A stretch of DNA of 64,000 nt, taken from NCBI GenBank assembly GCA_019359495.1, contig JAHHHF010000091.1, forward strand, positions 1-64,000. Direction: 5' to 3'. Below the pieces are notes generated by a model. That model was not told the DNA's origin and ran no database searches. It saw only the letters and a program-made list of their open reading frames with translations. Positions 10,215-20,668 of this stretch are shown here, in pieces. The translations under genes were made by a program, and so were the position numbers. Source of the DNA: Goleter apudmare HA4340-LM2. GTDB lineage: Bacteria; Cyanobacteriota; Cyanobacteriia; Cyanobacteriales; Nostocaceae. Every line of letters starts with the position of its first letter. The first letter of the stretch is position 1.

Positions 10215-11972
10215 TTGAATTTATTACAAAATCGTTATCGGTTACTACAATCAATTGGCAAAGGAGGATTCTGCAAAACCTTCCTCGCTGTGGATGAGGG
10301 ACAGTTTCCCCCAATTGCTTGTGTGATACAACAATTCTCACTGCAATACCAAACCCGTACAGTTTTTATCCAAAAGATACAGTCACTAAAAGAACTAGGG
10401 CAACATCGACAAATTCCGACTTTACTAGCACATTTCCAAGACCAGGAATATTTCTACTTAGTACAGGAGTTGATCTCAGGTAATAATTTAGCTACCCTAT
10501 TACAAAATGAGGGGACATTTAACGAAACTCAAATTTGGCAACTTTTAGAAAATGTCTTGCCAATTATTCAATTTATCCACGATCGCCAGACTATTCACGG
10601 TGATATTAAACCAGAAAATCTGATCTCTAGATCCCCTGAATCTGCAAAATACATGGGGGATTTAGTCTTAGTTGATTTTGGTGTAGCTCACCTAGTTAAC
10701 GGTATTGACCAATTAATAGGCGAAACCTACATTGGTAGCCCAGAATATATTGCACCAGAGCAAGTAAGAGGCAAAGCAGTTTTTGCCAGTGACCTTTATA
10801 GCCTGGGTGTAACGTGTATTCACTTACTAACTCAAATACCACCCTTTGATTTGTTTGATATTGCTAATAATTCTTGGGTTTGGCAACAGTATCTGACCAC
10901 CAAAGTCAGCGTACATCTGGTACGAATCATTGATAAACTGCTACAAAAATCTGTTAGCGATCGCTTTCAGTCGGCTGATCAAGTCATGCAAGCTATGGGT
11001 ATTGCCAATAATTCCAGTGCAACATTGCCCATCCCAAATCCTTCTTGGCAATGCACACATACCTTAATGGGATATTCTGGGGTATCTGCGATTAATTCCC
11101 TAGCCTTCAACCCAGCAGGGAATATTTTGGCTAGTGGTAGCGATGACAAAATCATCAGACTCTGGGATTTAAATACTAAAAAAGTCCTGAGTAGCCTATC
11201 AGGACATACCCAAGCTGTGAAATCAGTAGCCTTTAGTCCTAATGGCAAAATTTTGGCAACCGCTAGTGATGATCAAACTATCAAATTGTGGAATCTCCAC
11301 ACCTGCCAAGAAATTTTCACCCTATATGGACACTCACACGTCGTCAAATCAGTGGCTTTCAGTCCAGATGGGCAGACTATCGCTAGTGGTAGTTGGGATA
11401 AGACAATCAAAATTTGGGATGTAAATACTGGTCAAGAAATTTGTACCCTCACCGGACACGAATTACAAGTAAGTTCAGTGGCGTTCAGTCCCCAAGGTGA
11501 GCTTTTAGCCAGTGGTAGTTTAGATAGAACAGTCCATCTGTGGCAACTGCCCACAAAAGAATTTAAAAACCGCCCAGACTATACCTTTTTAGGTACCTTT
11601 TCAGGTCATGCATGGGCGGTTTTAGCAGTCGCTTTTAGTCCCGATGGGAAAATTTTGGCGACGGGTAGCGATGATAACACTGTTAAATTGTGGGAGGTTA
11701 ACACTGGCCAGGTAATTGCCACACTGTCAGTCCATTCTTGGGCTGTGGTAGCAGTGGCTTTTAGTGCTGATGGCAAAACCTTGATTAGTGGTAGTTGGGA
11801 TCAGACAGTGAAACTTTGGCAGGTAAACACAGGAACAGAAATTGCTACCCTTTCTGCTCATATAGACTCTGTGTTTGCCGTTGCTGTTGACCCTGTTGCA
11901 CAGCTGATTGCTAGCGGCAGCAGGGACAAGGCCATTAAACTATGGCAGCTTGTAGAACAGCAGGCGAGCTAA
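10215..11972 (+). CDS. Ser/Thr protein kinase fused to a WD40 beta-propeller (585 aa)
   Basis: N-terminal Hanks kinase motifs (IGKGGFCKTF, HGDIKPENL, DFG) followed by at least 7 WD40 repeats (GH..V.SVAFSPDG...SGS.D.T.KLW). Confidence 0.85.
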   Translation: MNLLQNRYRLLQSIGKGGFCKTFLAVDEGQFPPIACVIQQFSLQYQTRTVFIQKIQSLKELGQHRQIPTLLAHFQDQEYFYLVQELISGNNLATLLQNEGTFNETQIWQLLENVLPIIQFIHDRQTIHGDIKPENLISRSPESAKYMGDLVLVDFGVAHLVNGIDQLIGETYIGSPEYIAPEQVRGKAVFASDLYSLGVTCIHLLTQIPPFDLFDIANNSWVWQQYLTTKVSVHLVRIIDKLLQKSVSDRFQSADQVMQAMGIANNSSATLPIPNPSWQCTHTLMGYSGVSAINSLAFNPAGNILASGSDDKIIRLWDLNTKKVLSSLSGHTQAVKSVAFSPNGKILATASDDQTIKLWNLHTCQEIFTLYGHSHVVKSVAFSPDGQTIASGSWDKTIKIWDVNTGQEICTLTGHELQVSSVAFSPQGELLASGSLDRTVHLWQLPTKEFKNRPDYTFLGTFSGHAWAVLAVAFSPDGKILATGSDDNTVKLWEVNTGQVIATLSVHSWAVVAVAFSADGKTLISGSWDQTVKLWQVNTGTEIATLSAHIDSVFAVAVDPVAQLIASGSRDKAIKLWQLVEQQAS

Positions 11973-11982
11973 TGGGGCTAAA

Positions 11983-12282
11983 TCAAGCGCTACCTGTAAA
12001 GGCGACTTCTGGGAATTTTAACTGAGCTTCCGCCATCGGGCGGTTTCTGCCTTCCTCTTGCCAGTAGTTGATCACTTCTGTTGCTTTATTGAGCAACTCG
12101 ACGCGATCTAGGTCAGTAATCCAGTTTTTTGACTCTAGTTCTTTTTTTAGCTCTTCCCAGGCATCATTCCTGGGCCAAAAGAAGTACTTAGTCAATGGAC
12201 TAGTGCCTTTACCGACAACTTGGTCAACTGCGAGAGCGACGTTTTCGTCTAACCACAAAATTTTTAAAATGAACTTGGTCAA
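11983..12282 (-). CDS. Plastid-specific 30S ribosomal protein 3-like (PSRP-3/Ycf65 family, 99 aa)
   Basis: Sequence [19 protein letters not shown]...NW resembles the Ycf65/PSRP-3 family. Size is right. Confidence 0.55.
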   Translation of the reverse strand: MTKFILKILWLDENVALAVDQVVGKGTSPLTKYFFWPRNDAWEELKKELESKNWITDLDRVELLNKATEVINYWQEEGRNRPMAEAQLKFPEVAFTGSA

Positions 12283-13108
12283 TCACACCTCCGGGGAATA
12301 TCCGGGCATTAGGTACTAAGTTAGCGATCGCTTATTTTAACTCAATACTTTACCAGATGACTAAAAAGTCATGGAAAATAGTCTGTCTCCAATTATCTTT
12401 GAACTACCCCACCGCATAGGCGGGTGGCGATTCCTGACATCTCGTGATGACAGTGGGACATTCAACTATCCCTCTAGACCCTCAAACTAACACTTATGTC
12501 AGAAGCGTAGGAATTGGACTTACTTTTAGTTTGGATTTGCGTGCTTTCAAAGTTCATCACAAGCCAGTTAGGTACGCTCTGCATCCTGATATTGCTTGTC
12601 AGTTGTTTAGGCTTGCTGTTGTTTAAAAACAGTAGTGACTTACTGTGCCGGAGTCTCACCGAAACTAGGATGCTTCAAAACGTAGATGATTTGCTCATAC
12701 TCACTTCTCTATTTTAACATTCAAGGGATCGTCTACTGCGCTCCGCAGACCGCTATCCATCCCCATGCTCTTAGCATGGGGTTTTCCGCGAATCCTGATA
12801 AAAGCTACCATAAAGTCAGGTCAATGCTTTCAGAGATAGTTATGACTGCTCAATTACCCTTATCTCCAATGTTTCTGTGAGGTTTTTGACCAGTGTTATG
12901 AAGATGCTAGACTACTGGCTGCTGATGAAACTGAATTGCATCTGGCGACTTTCCCTGAACAATCACCCTTTACACCAGAGCAAGTTGTTGATGCTGATTT
13001 TTTACCGGAGTAGAGACGCGAAAGATCAGTGTGTGCTGCTTTGTTTATCCGTCTCATCTTGCTTGATACTGTTGTAGCAAAGAGCTAAAAATGCGGTAAA
13101 ACTTTTTT

Positions 13109-13918
13109 ATGCCCCTTGCCCATGCCCTATTTATGACAAACAAAGCGATCGCTATTTTTGATATTGATGGTGTGATTCGTGATGTTAGTGGTTCCTATCG
13201 GCGAGCGATCGCAGATACTGTAGAGTATTACACTGCCGAAGCCTATCGCCCCACACCACTAGATATTGACCAACTCAAATCTGAAGGTGTCTGGAATAAC
13301 GATTGGGAAGCCTCCCAAGAATTAATTTATCGCTACTTTCAAACTCAAGGACAGTCCCGCGAGCAATTGCAATTAGACTATGACGCGATCGTGACTTATT
13401 TTCAATCTCGTTATCGCGGCTCTGACCCTGACAATTGGAATGGTTATATCTGTCATGAACCCTTATTACTACAGCCTAGCTATCTAGAGCAACTGACACA
13501 AGCTGGCATCGCTTGGGGTTTTTTCAGTGGTGCTACTCGCGGTTCTGCTAACTATGTCTTAGAAAAACGCCTCGGCTTGCAATCTCCTGTGTTAATTGCG
13601 ATGGAAGATGCACCAGGTAAACCAGACCCCACTGGACTTTTTGCCACTATTCGCCTACTGGAAAACCATATTGACAAAATACCAGTAATAGTGTACGTGG
13701 GAGATACGGTCGCAGATATGTACACAGTAGCGAAAGCGCGAGACTTGCAGCCAGACAGAACTTGGATTGGTGTAGGAGTTTTACCGCCCCATGTCCAAGA
13801 AACAGCCGCCCGGCGTGATGCCTACAGTGAGACGCTACAAAAAGCGGGCGCAGCAGTCGTTTTGAGTAATGTGCAGGAATTGACCCCACAGCAAATTCAG
13901 CGATTTGTATTTCCCTAA
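13109..13918 (+). CDS. HAD-superfamily hydrolase (269 aa)
   Basis: HAD motif I (AIFDIDGVIRD) near the N-terminus and a C-terminal GDTVAD motif. Confidence 0.7.
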   Translation: MPLAHALFMTNKAIAIFDIDGVIRDVSGSYRRAIADTVEYYTAEAYRPTPLDIDQLKSEGVWNNDWEASQELIYRYFQTQGQSREQLQLDYDAIVTYFQSRYRGSDPDNWNGYICHEPLLLQPSYLEQLTQAGIAWGFFSGATRGSANYVLEKRLGLQSPVLIAMEDAPGKPDPTGLFATIRLLENHIDKIPVIVYVGDTVADMYTVAKARDLQPDRTWIGVGVLPPHVQETAARRDAYSETLQKAGAAVVLSNVQELTPQQIQRFVFP

Positions 13919-14023
13919 GCGGAAACAAAAATTTGCCCAGCTGATGGGCTGGGCAATGTAACTTCATGCCAGATGATGATGATTAATGGGAGGCGATCGC
14001 ACTAATGACGCTATATATAAGGT

Positions 14024-14437
14024 ATGCTCCAAATCTCTCGTAAAATTATCATCCCCGATAGCGAAATCGAAATGAGCGCCATTCGTTCTCAAGGTGCAGG
14101 TGGTCAAAACGTTAACAAGGTTGCTACTGCCATTCACCTACGTTTTGACATTGAAGCTTCATCTTTACCCGCTTTCTATAAAGAGCAGCTTTTGAAGCTA
14201 AATGACCGCCGCATTACCCAAGAGGGAGTAGTTGTCATCAAAGCCCAAGAACACCGCAGCCAAGAACAGAACCGAGAAGAGGCTTTAGAACGACTCAAAG
14301 AACTTATTAAAAGCGCAGTCGTACTGAAGATAAAACGCAAACCTACCAAACCAACTCGTAGTTCTCAAAAAAAACGCCTTGACAGTAAAACCAAGCGAGG
14401 CCAGATTAAATCCGCGAGAAAACAGGTTATTGATTAA
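14024..14437 (+). CDS. arfB: Alternative ribosome-rescue factor B, peptidyl-tRNA hydrolase ArfB (137 aa)
   Basis: GGQ catalytic motif (SQGAGGQNVNKVATA) of class-I release-factor domain and a basic C-terminal tail (KRKPTKPTRSSQKKRLDSKTKRGQIKSARK) typical of ArfB/YaeJ. Confidence 0.75.
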   Translation: MLQISRKIIIPDSEIEMSAIRSQGAGGQNVNKVATAIHLRFDIEASSLPAFYKEQLLKLNDRRITQEGVVVIKAQEHRSQEQNREEALERLKELIKSAVVLKIKRKPTKPTRSSQKKRLDSKTKRGQIKSARKQVID

Positions 14438-14515
14438 AATGCGATGGCTAAAACGGTCACACGCATCGCTTGTCTCAATTTGGTTAAGTTTTTGAAAAGG
14501 GTTTTCTAATATAAG

Positions 14516-17500
14516 GTTTCAATCCCTAATAGGGATTAGTTGGAATTGTAATTAGTGGTGGTAAGTCCTTCCCTGCCTAAAGTCTTGTTTCAATCCCTAA
14601 TAGGGATTAGTTGGAATTGCAATTTTATGGGTTTAGCTAATAGTATTAGGCTAAAAAATGTTTCAATCCCTAATAGGGATTAGTTGAAATTGCAATTCTC
14701 GCTCTGGCTGGAATAAAGCTTATAGCGAGTTGTTTCAATCCCTAATAGGGATTAGTTGAAATTGCAATTGAAGCCGAAGAGTATATCAAGGGCGATCGCG
14801 ACGTTTCAATCCCTAATAGGGATTAGTTGAAATTGCAATAATCGACGGGAAGTTACTTCTCTCGTTCAAGGGCATTGTTTCAATCCCTAATAGGGATTAG
14901 TTGAAATTGCAATTCCATTATCTTACGCTCGATTAAATGCTGTAAAGTTTCAATCCCTAATAGGGATTAGTTGAAATTGCAATAAGTCCTACCCTTACCC
15001 CATTCGCTAACATTAATGTTTCAATCCCTAATAGGGATTAGTTGAAATTGCAATTTAGTACCCTCCTCTTTGATTGCTACATATACAGTTTCAATCCCTA
15101 ATAGGGATTAGTTGAAATTGCAATACTAGTTCATCCCTAGTAGGTTCCCCATTTATATAGTTTCAATCCCTAATAGGGATTAGTTGAAATTGCAATATGT
15201 TCTCTGATTACCCTAAGAGGATTCTCTCCTCTTTTAAATGTTTCAATCCCTAATAGGGATTAGTTGAAATTGCAATGCGATTGCTGATTACAAAGAGGGT
15301 CTATTTGTACGTTTCAATCCCTAATAGGGATTAGTTGAAATTGCAATGTGCTCATCAGCCACTTTGCATACTCCCTTGCGTTTCAATCCCTAATAGGGAT
15401 TAGTTGAAATTGCAATAATGATGGTTCTGGTTTGTCTTATACGGTAATTCGTTTCAATCCCTAATAGGGATTAGTTGAAATTGCAATTTAGTAGAGAGCA
15501 TGAGGGGAGATATAGAAAATTAAGTTTCAATCCCTAATAGGGATTAGTTGAAATTGCAATATCTCACAGGATTTGCTCAACAAAATCATCACCCTCGTTT
15601 CAATCCCTAATAGGGATTAGTTGAAATTGCAATACGCCGGAAGCTACGGCTAGAAAGGTTTCCATAAATTTGTTTCAATCCCTAATAGGGATTAGTTGAA
15701 ATTGCAATGATACGCGTGAGTAGCGGTAGATCTATAATTCATGTTTCAATCCCTAATAGGGATTAGTTGAAATTGCAATTTTTTTGTTAACACCCTCTGG
15801 AAACTTTTAGAAAGGTAGTTTCAATCCCTAATAGGGATTAGTTGAAATTGCAATTCTTACAGTTAGCGGTCATTGCCCCGTGACGCCGAGTTTCAATCCC
15901 TAATAGGGATTAGTTGAAATTGCAATGCGTCTTGTTTCCATTGCCCTAGTTCATCTTGAGGTTTCAATCCCTAATAGGGATTAGTTGAAATTGCAATTTA
16001 AATAAAGTCTCTACAGAATTAGAAAAGAGAGGTTTCAATCCCTAATAGGGATTAGTTGAAATTGCAATTCTTACGCGAGTCCCAGCCAATAACTGGCACT
16101 GTGTTTCAATCCCTAATAGGGATTAGTTGAAATTGCAATGAAAAAACTCAAGGTGCAAGGCAATCTCAACGCGCTGTTTCAATCCCTAATAGGGATTAGT
16201 TGAAATTGCAATTTTAGTAGCACGTAATGTAATCAATGTGAAAGTGGCGTTTCAATCCCTAATAGGGATTAGTTGAAATTGCAATTGAAAAAATCACCGA
16301 GACAGAAAACAGAATTGATGTTTCAATCCCTAATAGGGATTAGTTGAAATTGCAATTAAGTTTCAAGTACAGGATGTCCGACTACTTCTCGGTTTCAATC
16401 CCTAATAGGGATTAGTTGAAATTGCAATTTACAAAAAAATGAGCTAGCCCATTAGTGTCGATTGTTTCAATCCCTAATAGGGATTAGTTGAAATTGCAAT
16501 TTAAAATAACTTGTGAGGTGTGGGGAATAACTTTAGTTTCAATCCCTAATAGGGATTAGTTGAAATTGCAATTTTTACATCACCTACGTACAGATACCCT
16601 TTGTTTGTTTCAATCCCTAATAGGGATTAGTTGAAATTGCAATTTCACTACTCTTTTTTAGTGAAATTTTTATTCTGGTTTCAATCCCTAATAGGGATTA
16701 GTTGAAATTGCAATTCAGGAGGCTTACTTGGGGAATAAACTCTTTACAGTTTCAATCCCTAATAGGGATTAGTTGAAATTGCAATTCTCTCTCTTAATAA
16801 CAAGAGAGAGAATAAGGACATGTTTCAATCCCTAATAGGGATTAGTTGAAATTGCAATTCAGGAACTTCCGGTTTAGATATGTAATTAGTTAAGTTTCAA
16901 TCCCTAATAGGGATTAGTTGAAATTGCAATTCCTTTAACATAATTCTTAGCTCTTGCTTTTAATTGTTTCAATCCCTAATAGGGATTAGTTGAAATTGCA
17001 ATTTTGCAGCCCAAGGATGAGAGCAAAAGAGTTCATGTTTCAATCCCTAATAGGGATTAGTTGAAATTGCAATTCCACTCTTTTATATAAGTAAACGCCT
17101 ATAATAAAGTTTCAATCCCTAATAGGGATTAGTTGAAATTGCAATTTTTATCCGTGCAATTGAAAAACAAGAAATAAACAAGTTTCAATCCCTAATAGGG
17201 ATTAGTTGAAATTGCAATTTTATAGGGCAAGGCTTTAGCGATAAGCGTCATGTGTTTCAATCCCTAATAGGGATTAGTTGAAATTGCAATTTTCTTCCCG
17301 AATACAGGGAAGAGCAGGAAACAAAAACGTTTCAATCCCTAATAGGGATTAGTTGAAATTGCAATTATCTCTGGCTATCTGTTCTACTAATTCGCTCTTG
17401 CGTTTCAATCCCTAATAGGGATTAGTTGAAATTGCAATTTTTATTTTATGTAAATAGAATAACTATTTAAACCAGCTGTTTCAATCCCTAATAGGGATTA

Positions 17501-17659
17501 GTTGAAATTGCAATTATGATAATGCTTGAAAGGTTCAGTGCAAATAATGAGTTTCAATCCCTAATAGGGATTAGTTGAAATTGCAATTTATCTACTTCAT
17601 CCTTTCTAGCGGAGTTTGTTTCGTTTCAATCCCTAATAGGGATTAGTTGAAATTGCAAT
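14516..17659 (-). CRISPR. CRISPR array: 44 x 37-bp repeat GTTTCAATCCCTAATAGGGATTAGTTGAAATTGCAAT (plus strand as written), 43 unique spacers of 34-37 bp
   Basis: Repeat starts counted directly (14516, 14587, 14660 ... 17551, 17623). The two left-most repeats are degenerate (..GGAATTGTAAT, ..GGAATTGCAAT). The repeat contains an internal hairpin (AATCCCT-AAT-AGGGATT). Its reverse complement ends ...GGGATTGAAAC, which gives the canonical ATTGAAAC 8-nt 5' handle after Cas6 cleavage. Transcription is therefore inferred on the minus strand. Confidence 0.95.
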
Positions 17660-17960
17660 TAGCGGGAGCCTGAAAGGCAGTAATTATGCGGTTTTCAAGG
17701 TGCGGTTGCGCGTATGAAAAAAGTATAACATGAGAAAATATAAATTGATTTACTGAGAATAGCTGAAACCCAGATGGGGTAAGGTGCGCGGATGATTTTA
17801 ATTTATTTTTCCGGCAAACCCTTGTGCTGTAGGGAATACAGCGATTATTCCTCAAGCCTAAATTTCTACACCTACCCATCCGCGCATTTGTCCAAGAAAA
17901 TGGTTTCATCATGGGGTTGTCTACTACCGATATACTGAAAGGTTTAATCCCCTTGAGGAG
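17660..17960 (-). promoter_or_regulatory. Putative CRISPR leader (AT-rich) with promoter for minus-strand array transcription
   Basis: AT-rich about 300 bp lies immediately adjacent to the non-degenerate end of the array. The opposite end has only 78 bp between the arfB stop and the first (degenerate) repeat. Confidence 0.4.
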
Positions 17961-18146
17961 AATTAGTTAGCGGAAACCCAAGTTTTGGGTTAGTTGCGAT
18001 CGCACTTTGAGGCTTGGAGTGAGAGACTATTTGGAGCGGCCTGCTTTTATGCGTGCCAATGAGGACTTTTACGCCCAGACAACTCCCTAGTACAAATGCA
18101 ATGCGATCGCTTAATCATACTGTCCCCACAGTGAGAAAATCAAAAA

Positions 18147-18192
18147 TCATGGGGGTGAGACTTAGTCACTATGGTTGCTCATCTCACCCCGC
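18147..18192 (-). terminator. Rho-independent terminator downstream of the DAHP synthase gene
   Basis: Perfect 9-bp inverted repeat GGGGTGAGA...TCTCACCCC. On the minus strand it is followed by TGATTTTTGATTTTC. Confidence 0.5.
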
Positions 18193-18209
18193 AATTATGA
18201 ACTACGCTA

Positions 18210-19268
18210 TTAGGCTAGAGCCACAGCAGGTTCTGGCCAGCGTCCCACAGCCTTACCAATCACTGCTAATTCTGGCATCAAGCGATCAAAAGCATCTGGT
18301 GTGAGAGATTGCGGCCCATCTGATAGGGCTTTTTTCGGGTTGGGGTGAACCTCAATCATCAGAGAATCAGTACCAGCTGCGATCGCTGCCATTGCCATTG
18401 TCGGTACAAATTCCGACCAACCAGTGCCATGACTGGGATCAATCATAATTGGTAGGTGAGTCAGCTTGCGTAACACAGGCACCACCGATATATCCAGAGT
18501 ATTGCGAGTGTACTGGCGGTCAAAAGTGCGAATTCCCCGCTCACATAAAATCACGTTAGGATTGCCAGCCGCTAAAACATATTCAGCCGCCATCAACCAA
18601 TCTTCAATAGTAGCAGCCATTCCCCGCTTCAAGAGCACTGGTTTCGACTGCGCCCCGACTTTTTTCAGCAGAGAGAAATTTTGCATATTCCTCGCCCCCA
18701 CCTGGATGACATCGGCTACTTCGGCGATTCTATCCAGGTCTTCAGCATCCATCACTTCTGTGATTACGCCAAGTCCGCTAAGTTCTTTCGCCCTCGCCAA
18801 CAATTCCAAAGCACTGTCACCATGTCCTTGAAAGGCATAAGGCGAAGTCCGGGGTTTGTATGCACCTCCACGCAAAAACTTTGCACCAGCCGCCTTCACA
18901 CGGTGCGCTGTCTCCACAATCATTTCCTCGTTTTCTACCGAGCAGGGGCCAGCCACAACCACTAAGGGGTGGTGTTCTCCAAACACAACTGGCCCATCAG
19001 GAGTATCAACGACCACTTCCGAAGCTTCACCGTGGCGATACTGACGGCTCGCCCGTTTGTAGGGCAATTCTACCCGCAATACTTGTTCAATCCAAGGACT
19101 AATTTCCTGAATTTGTAGAGGGTCTAAATCGGCAGTTTCACCTACTAAACCAATTACGACCTTGTGCTTACCGACAATTTTTTCTGGTGTCAGTCCCCAG
19201 CTAGTTAGTTCCTCATCAATACGGTTGATTTCCGCTTCTGGGGAACCAATTTTCATTACTACGATCAT
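18210..19268 (-). CDS. 3-deoxy-7-phosphoheptulonate (DAHP) synthase, type I-beta with N-terminal regulatory domain (352 aa)
   Basis: KDSA/DAHP-synthase core motifs (GPCSVE, KPRTSPY.FQG, RGMAATIEDW...) preceded by an about 90-aa ferredoxin-like regulatory domain. Confidence 0.85.
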   Translation of the reverse strand: MIVVMKIGSPEAEINRIDEELTSWGLTPEKIVGKHKVVIGLVGETADLDPLQIQEISPWIEQVLRVELPYKRASRQYRHGEASEVVVDTPDGPVVFGEHHPLVVVAGPCSVENEEMIVETAHRVKAAGAKFLRGGAYKPRTSPYAFQGHGDSALELLARAKELSGLGVITEVMDAEDLDRIAEVADVIQVGARNMQNFSLLKKVGAQSKPVLLKRGMAATIEDWLMAAEYVLAAGNPNVILCERGIRTFDRQYTRNTLDISVVPVLRKLTHLPIMIDPSHGTGWSEFVPTMAMAAIAAGTDSLMIEVHPNPKKALSDGPQSLTPDAFDRLMPELAVIGKAVGRWPEPAVALA

Positions 19269-19569
19269 GTTAAATTCTCTGGTTAGTTGAGTTGCTTCTT
19301 CAGCAAGTAAGCGTAACCTTATCTATGTCGTGTTATCTAAGTGAATGCTCAAAAACGAAATATCTATTTTAAAATATAGCGCTCAGTACTTTTGCTACTC
19401 AATATTGGGCTGAAAAAAATCATAAATTCTTGATTAGCGCTCTTCTATTACTTACATTCGTTAAATAAAAATCAAAACCCTTGAGTTTAAAGGCTTTGAT
19501 GAATTTAGGGGTAGGTTGCAACCCAACCTGCATTTTTTCTTGCACTAGAGTTATAAAAGAGCGTTAGTA

Positions 19570-19604
19570 ATGTTGAAGTTATAAAATTTAAAACTTCAAC
19601 ATTC
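19570..19604. terminator. Perfect 12-bp inverted repeat (AATGTTGAAGTT-N11-AACTTCAACATT), possible bidirectional terminator
   Basis: Lies in the 390-bp gap between the convergently or consecutively arranged aroG-like and PAM68-like genes. Confidence 0.3.
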
Positions 19605-19657
19605 ACTTGTAAATTTAACCAATATTGACAGTCATCTGCATACTTGAGCGCTGAACA

Positions 19658-20128
19658 TCATACATTTTTTTGCCGAGTTTCGCGCCAAACTGCCACCATG
19701 CGTCCCCAGTTGGTTCTGAACTCACTCAAACCCAGTAGACTACCGACTCTTTCTTCATCCCAAGAGGCAGAGAGGACGCCATAGGTAATCCCCAAAACCC
19801 CCAAACCAAAAAATCCCATGTTTACCAATAACACGGCAATGGGAGGTAAGTTGATGTCGCCATAGACAGCAAGTAAATAGCTAGCTACTAAGGTAGTAAT
19901 GCCTAAAGCCGTTGGGATACCGCAGAATCCAGCCACTCGACGTACCATCCGTTGGCTAACAACTGGTGGAATCGCCATCTCTTGTTTAGCAAAAGGTGGC
20001 TGCTTGCTAGCCTTTTGTTCAGATTCTTGGGACTGTATTGGTGGCTGACTTTTAGCCTTTACTGATTTTTGGCGCTTTTTGTTTGGTTCAAAAGGCAAGC
20101 GACTGCGTTCAGATTCTTCAGCAGACAT
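19658..20128 (-). CDS. PAM68-like (DUF3464) photosystem II assembly membrane protein (156 aa)
   Basis: Basic/acidic N-terminal tail then two TM helices (GFCGIPTALGITTLVASYLLAV...LLVNMGFFGLGVLGITYGVLSASWDEE), typical of cyanobacterial PAM68 homologs. Immediately downstream of rpsO. Confidence 0.5.
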   Translation of the reverse strand: MSAEESERSRLPFEPNKKRQKSVKAKSQPPIQSQESEQKASKQPPFAKQEMAIPPVVSQRMVRRVAGFCGIPTALGITTLVASYLLAVYGDINLPPIAVLLVNMGFFGLGVLGITYGVLSASWDEERVGSLLGLSEFRTNWGRMVAVWRETRQKNV

Positions 20129-20140
20129 AAGCGGTAGTCC

Positions 20141-20410
20141 CTAACCACGAATCCCAAGACGACCAATCAAAGCTTGATATTTTTCTCGGCTGTCCTGTTG
20201 GATATAGGCGAGAAGACGCTTACGATGACCGATCAGCTTTAATAATCCTCGGCGAGAAGAATGGTCTTTCTTATTTGCTTGCAGATGTTCGCTGAGGCGG
20301 TTAATCCGCGCAGTCAGCATAGCGATTTGGACATCAGCAGACCCGGTGTCAGTTTCGTGAACCTGGTAGCTGGAGATGATTTCTTGTTTGCGCTGTTGCG
20401 TCAGAGCCAT
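20141..20410 (-). CDS. rpsO: 30S ribosomal protein S15
   Basis: Sequence [44 protein letters not shown]...GHRKRLLAY is canonical S15. The ORF extends 2 codons upstream (MIM); start chosen at MALTQ. Confidence 0.85.
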   Translation of the reverse strand: MALTQQRKQEIISSYQVHETDTGSADVQIAMLTARINRLSEHLQANKKDHSSRRGLLKLIGHRKRLLAYIQQDSREKYQALIGRLGIRG

Positions 20411-20668
20411 GATCAAGTTAATTTCTAGTTTTTCTAATTTATGCAGCAGTCTCTCATAATATCACAGCCCCAAAGCTGTGTGGTGATTCACCCAAGAGAC
20501 GCGATTAATCGTACAGACGCGATTAATCGCGTACAAGGTCAAGGGTCAAGAGTCCAAATTTTGAATTTTGCGGAAAGTTGCTCAAGTCGGGAAACGCGCC
20601 CACGCAACTGGCTCAACTTTTCCAGACGAATTTTGAATTAATTCGTGCCCTATGCCCTATAGCCAAGT

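Noticed and set aside
12986-17700. Possibility that HAD hydrolase or ArfB are divergent Cas-associated proteins, or that cas genes flank the array
   Set aside because: Both have clear housekeeping motifs (HAD motif I; GGQ release-factor domain). The right flank is a DAHP synthase. No Cas-like sequence was seen on either strand within 3 kb.
17643-17912. 89-aa ORF in the CRISPR leader region
   Set aside because: It starts inside the terminal repeat and runs through the AT-rich leader. No coding signal.
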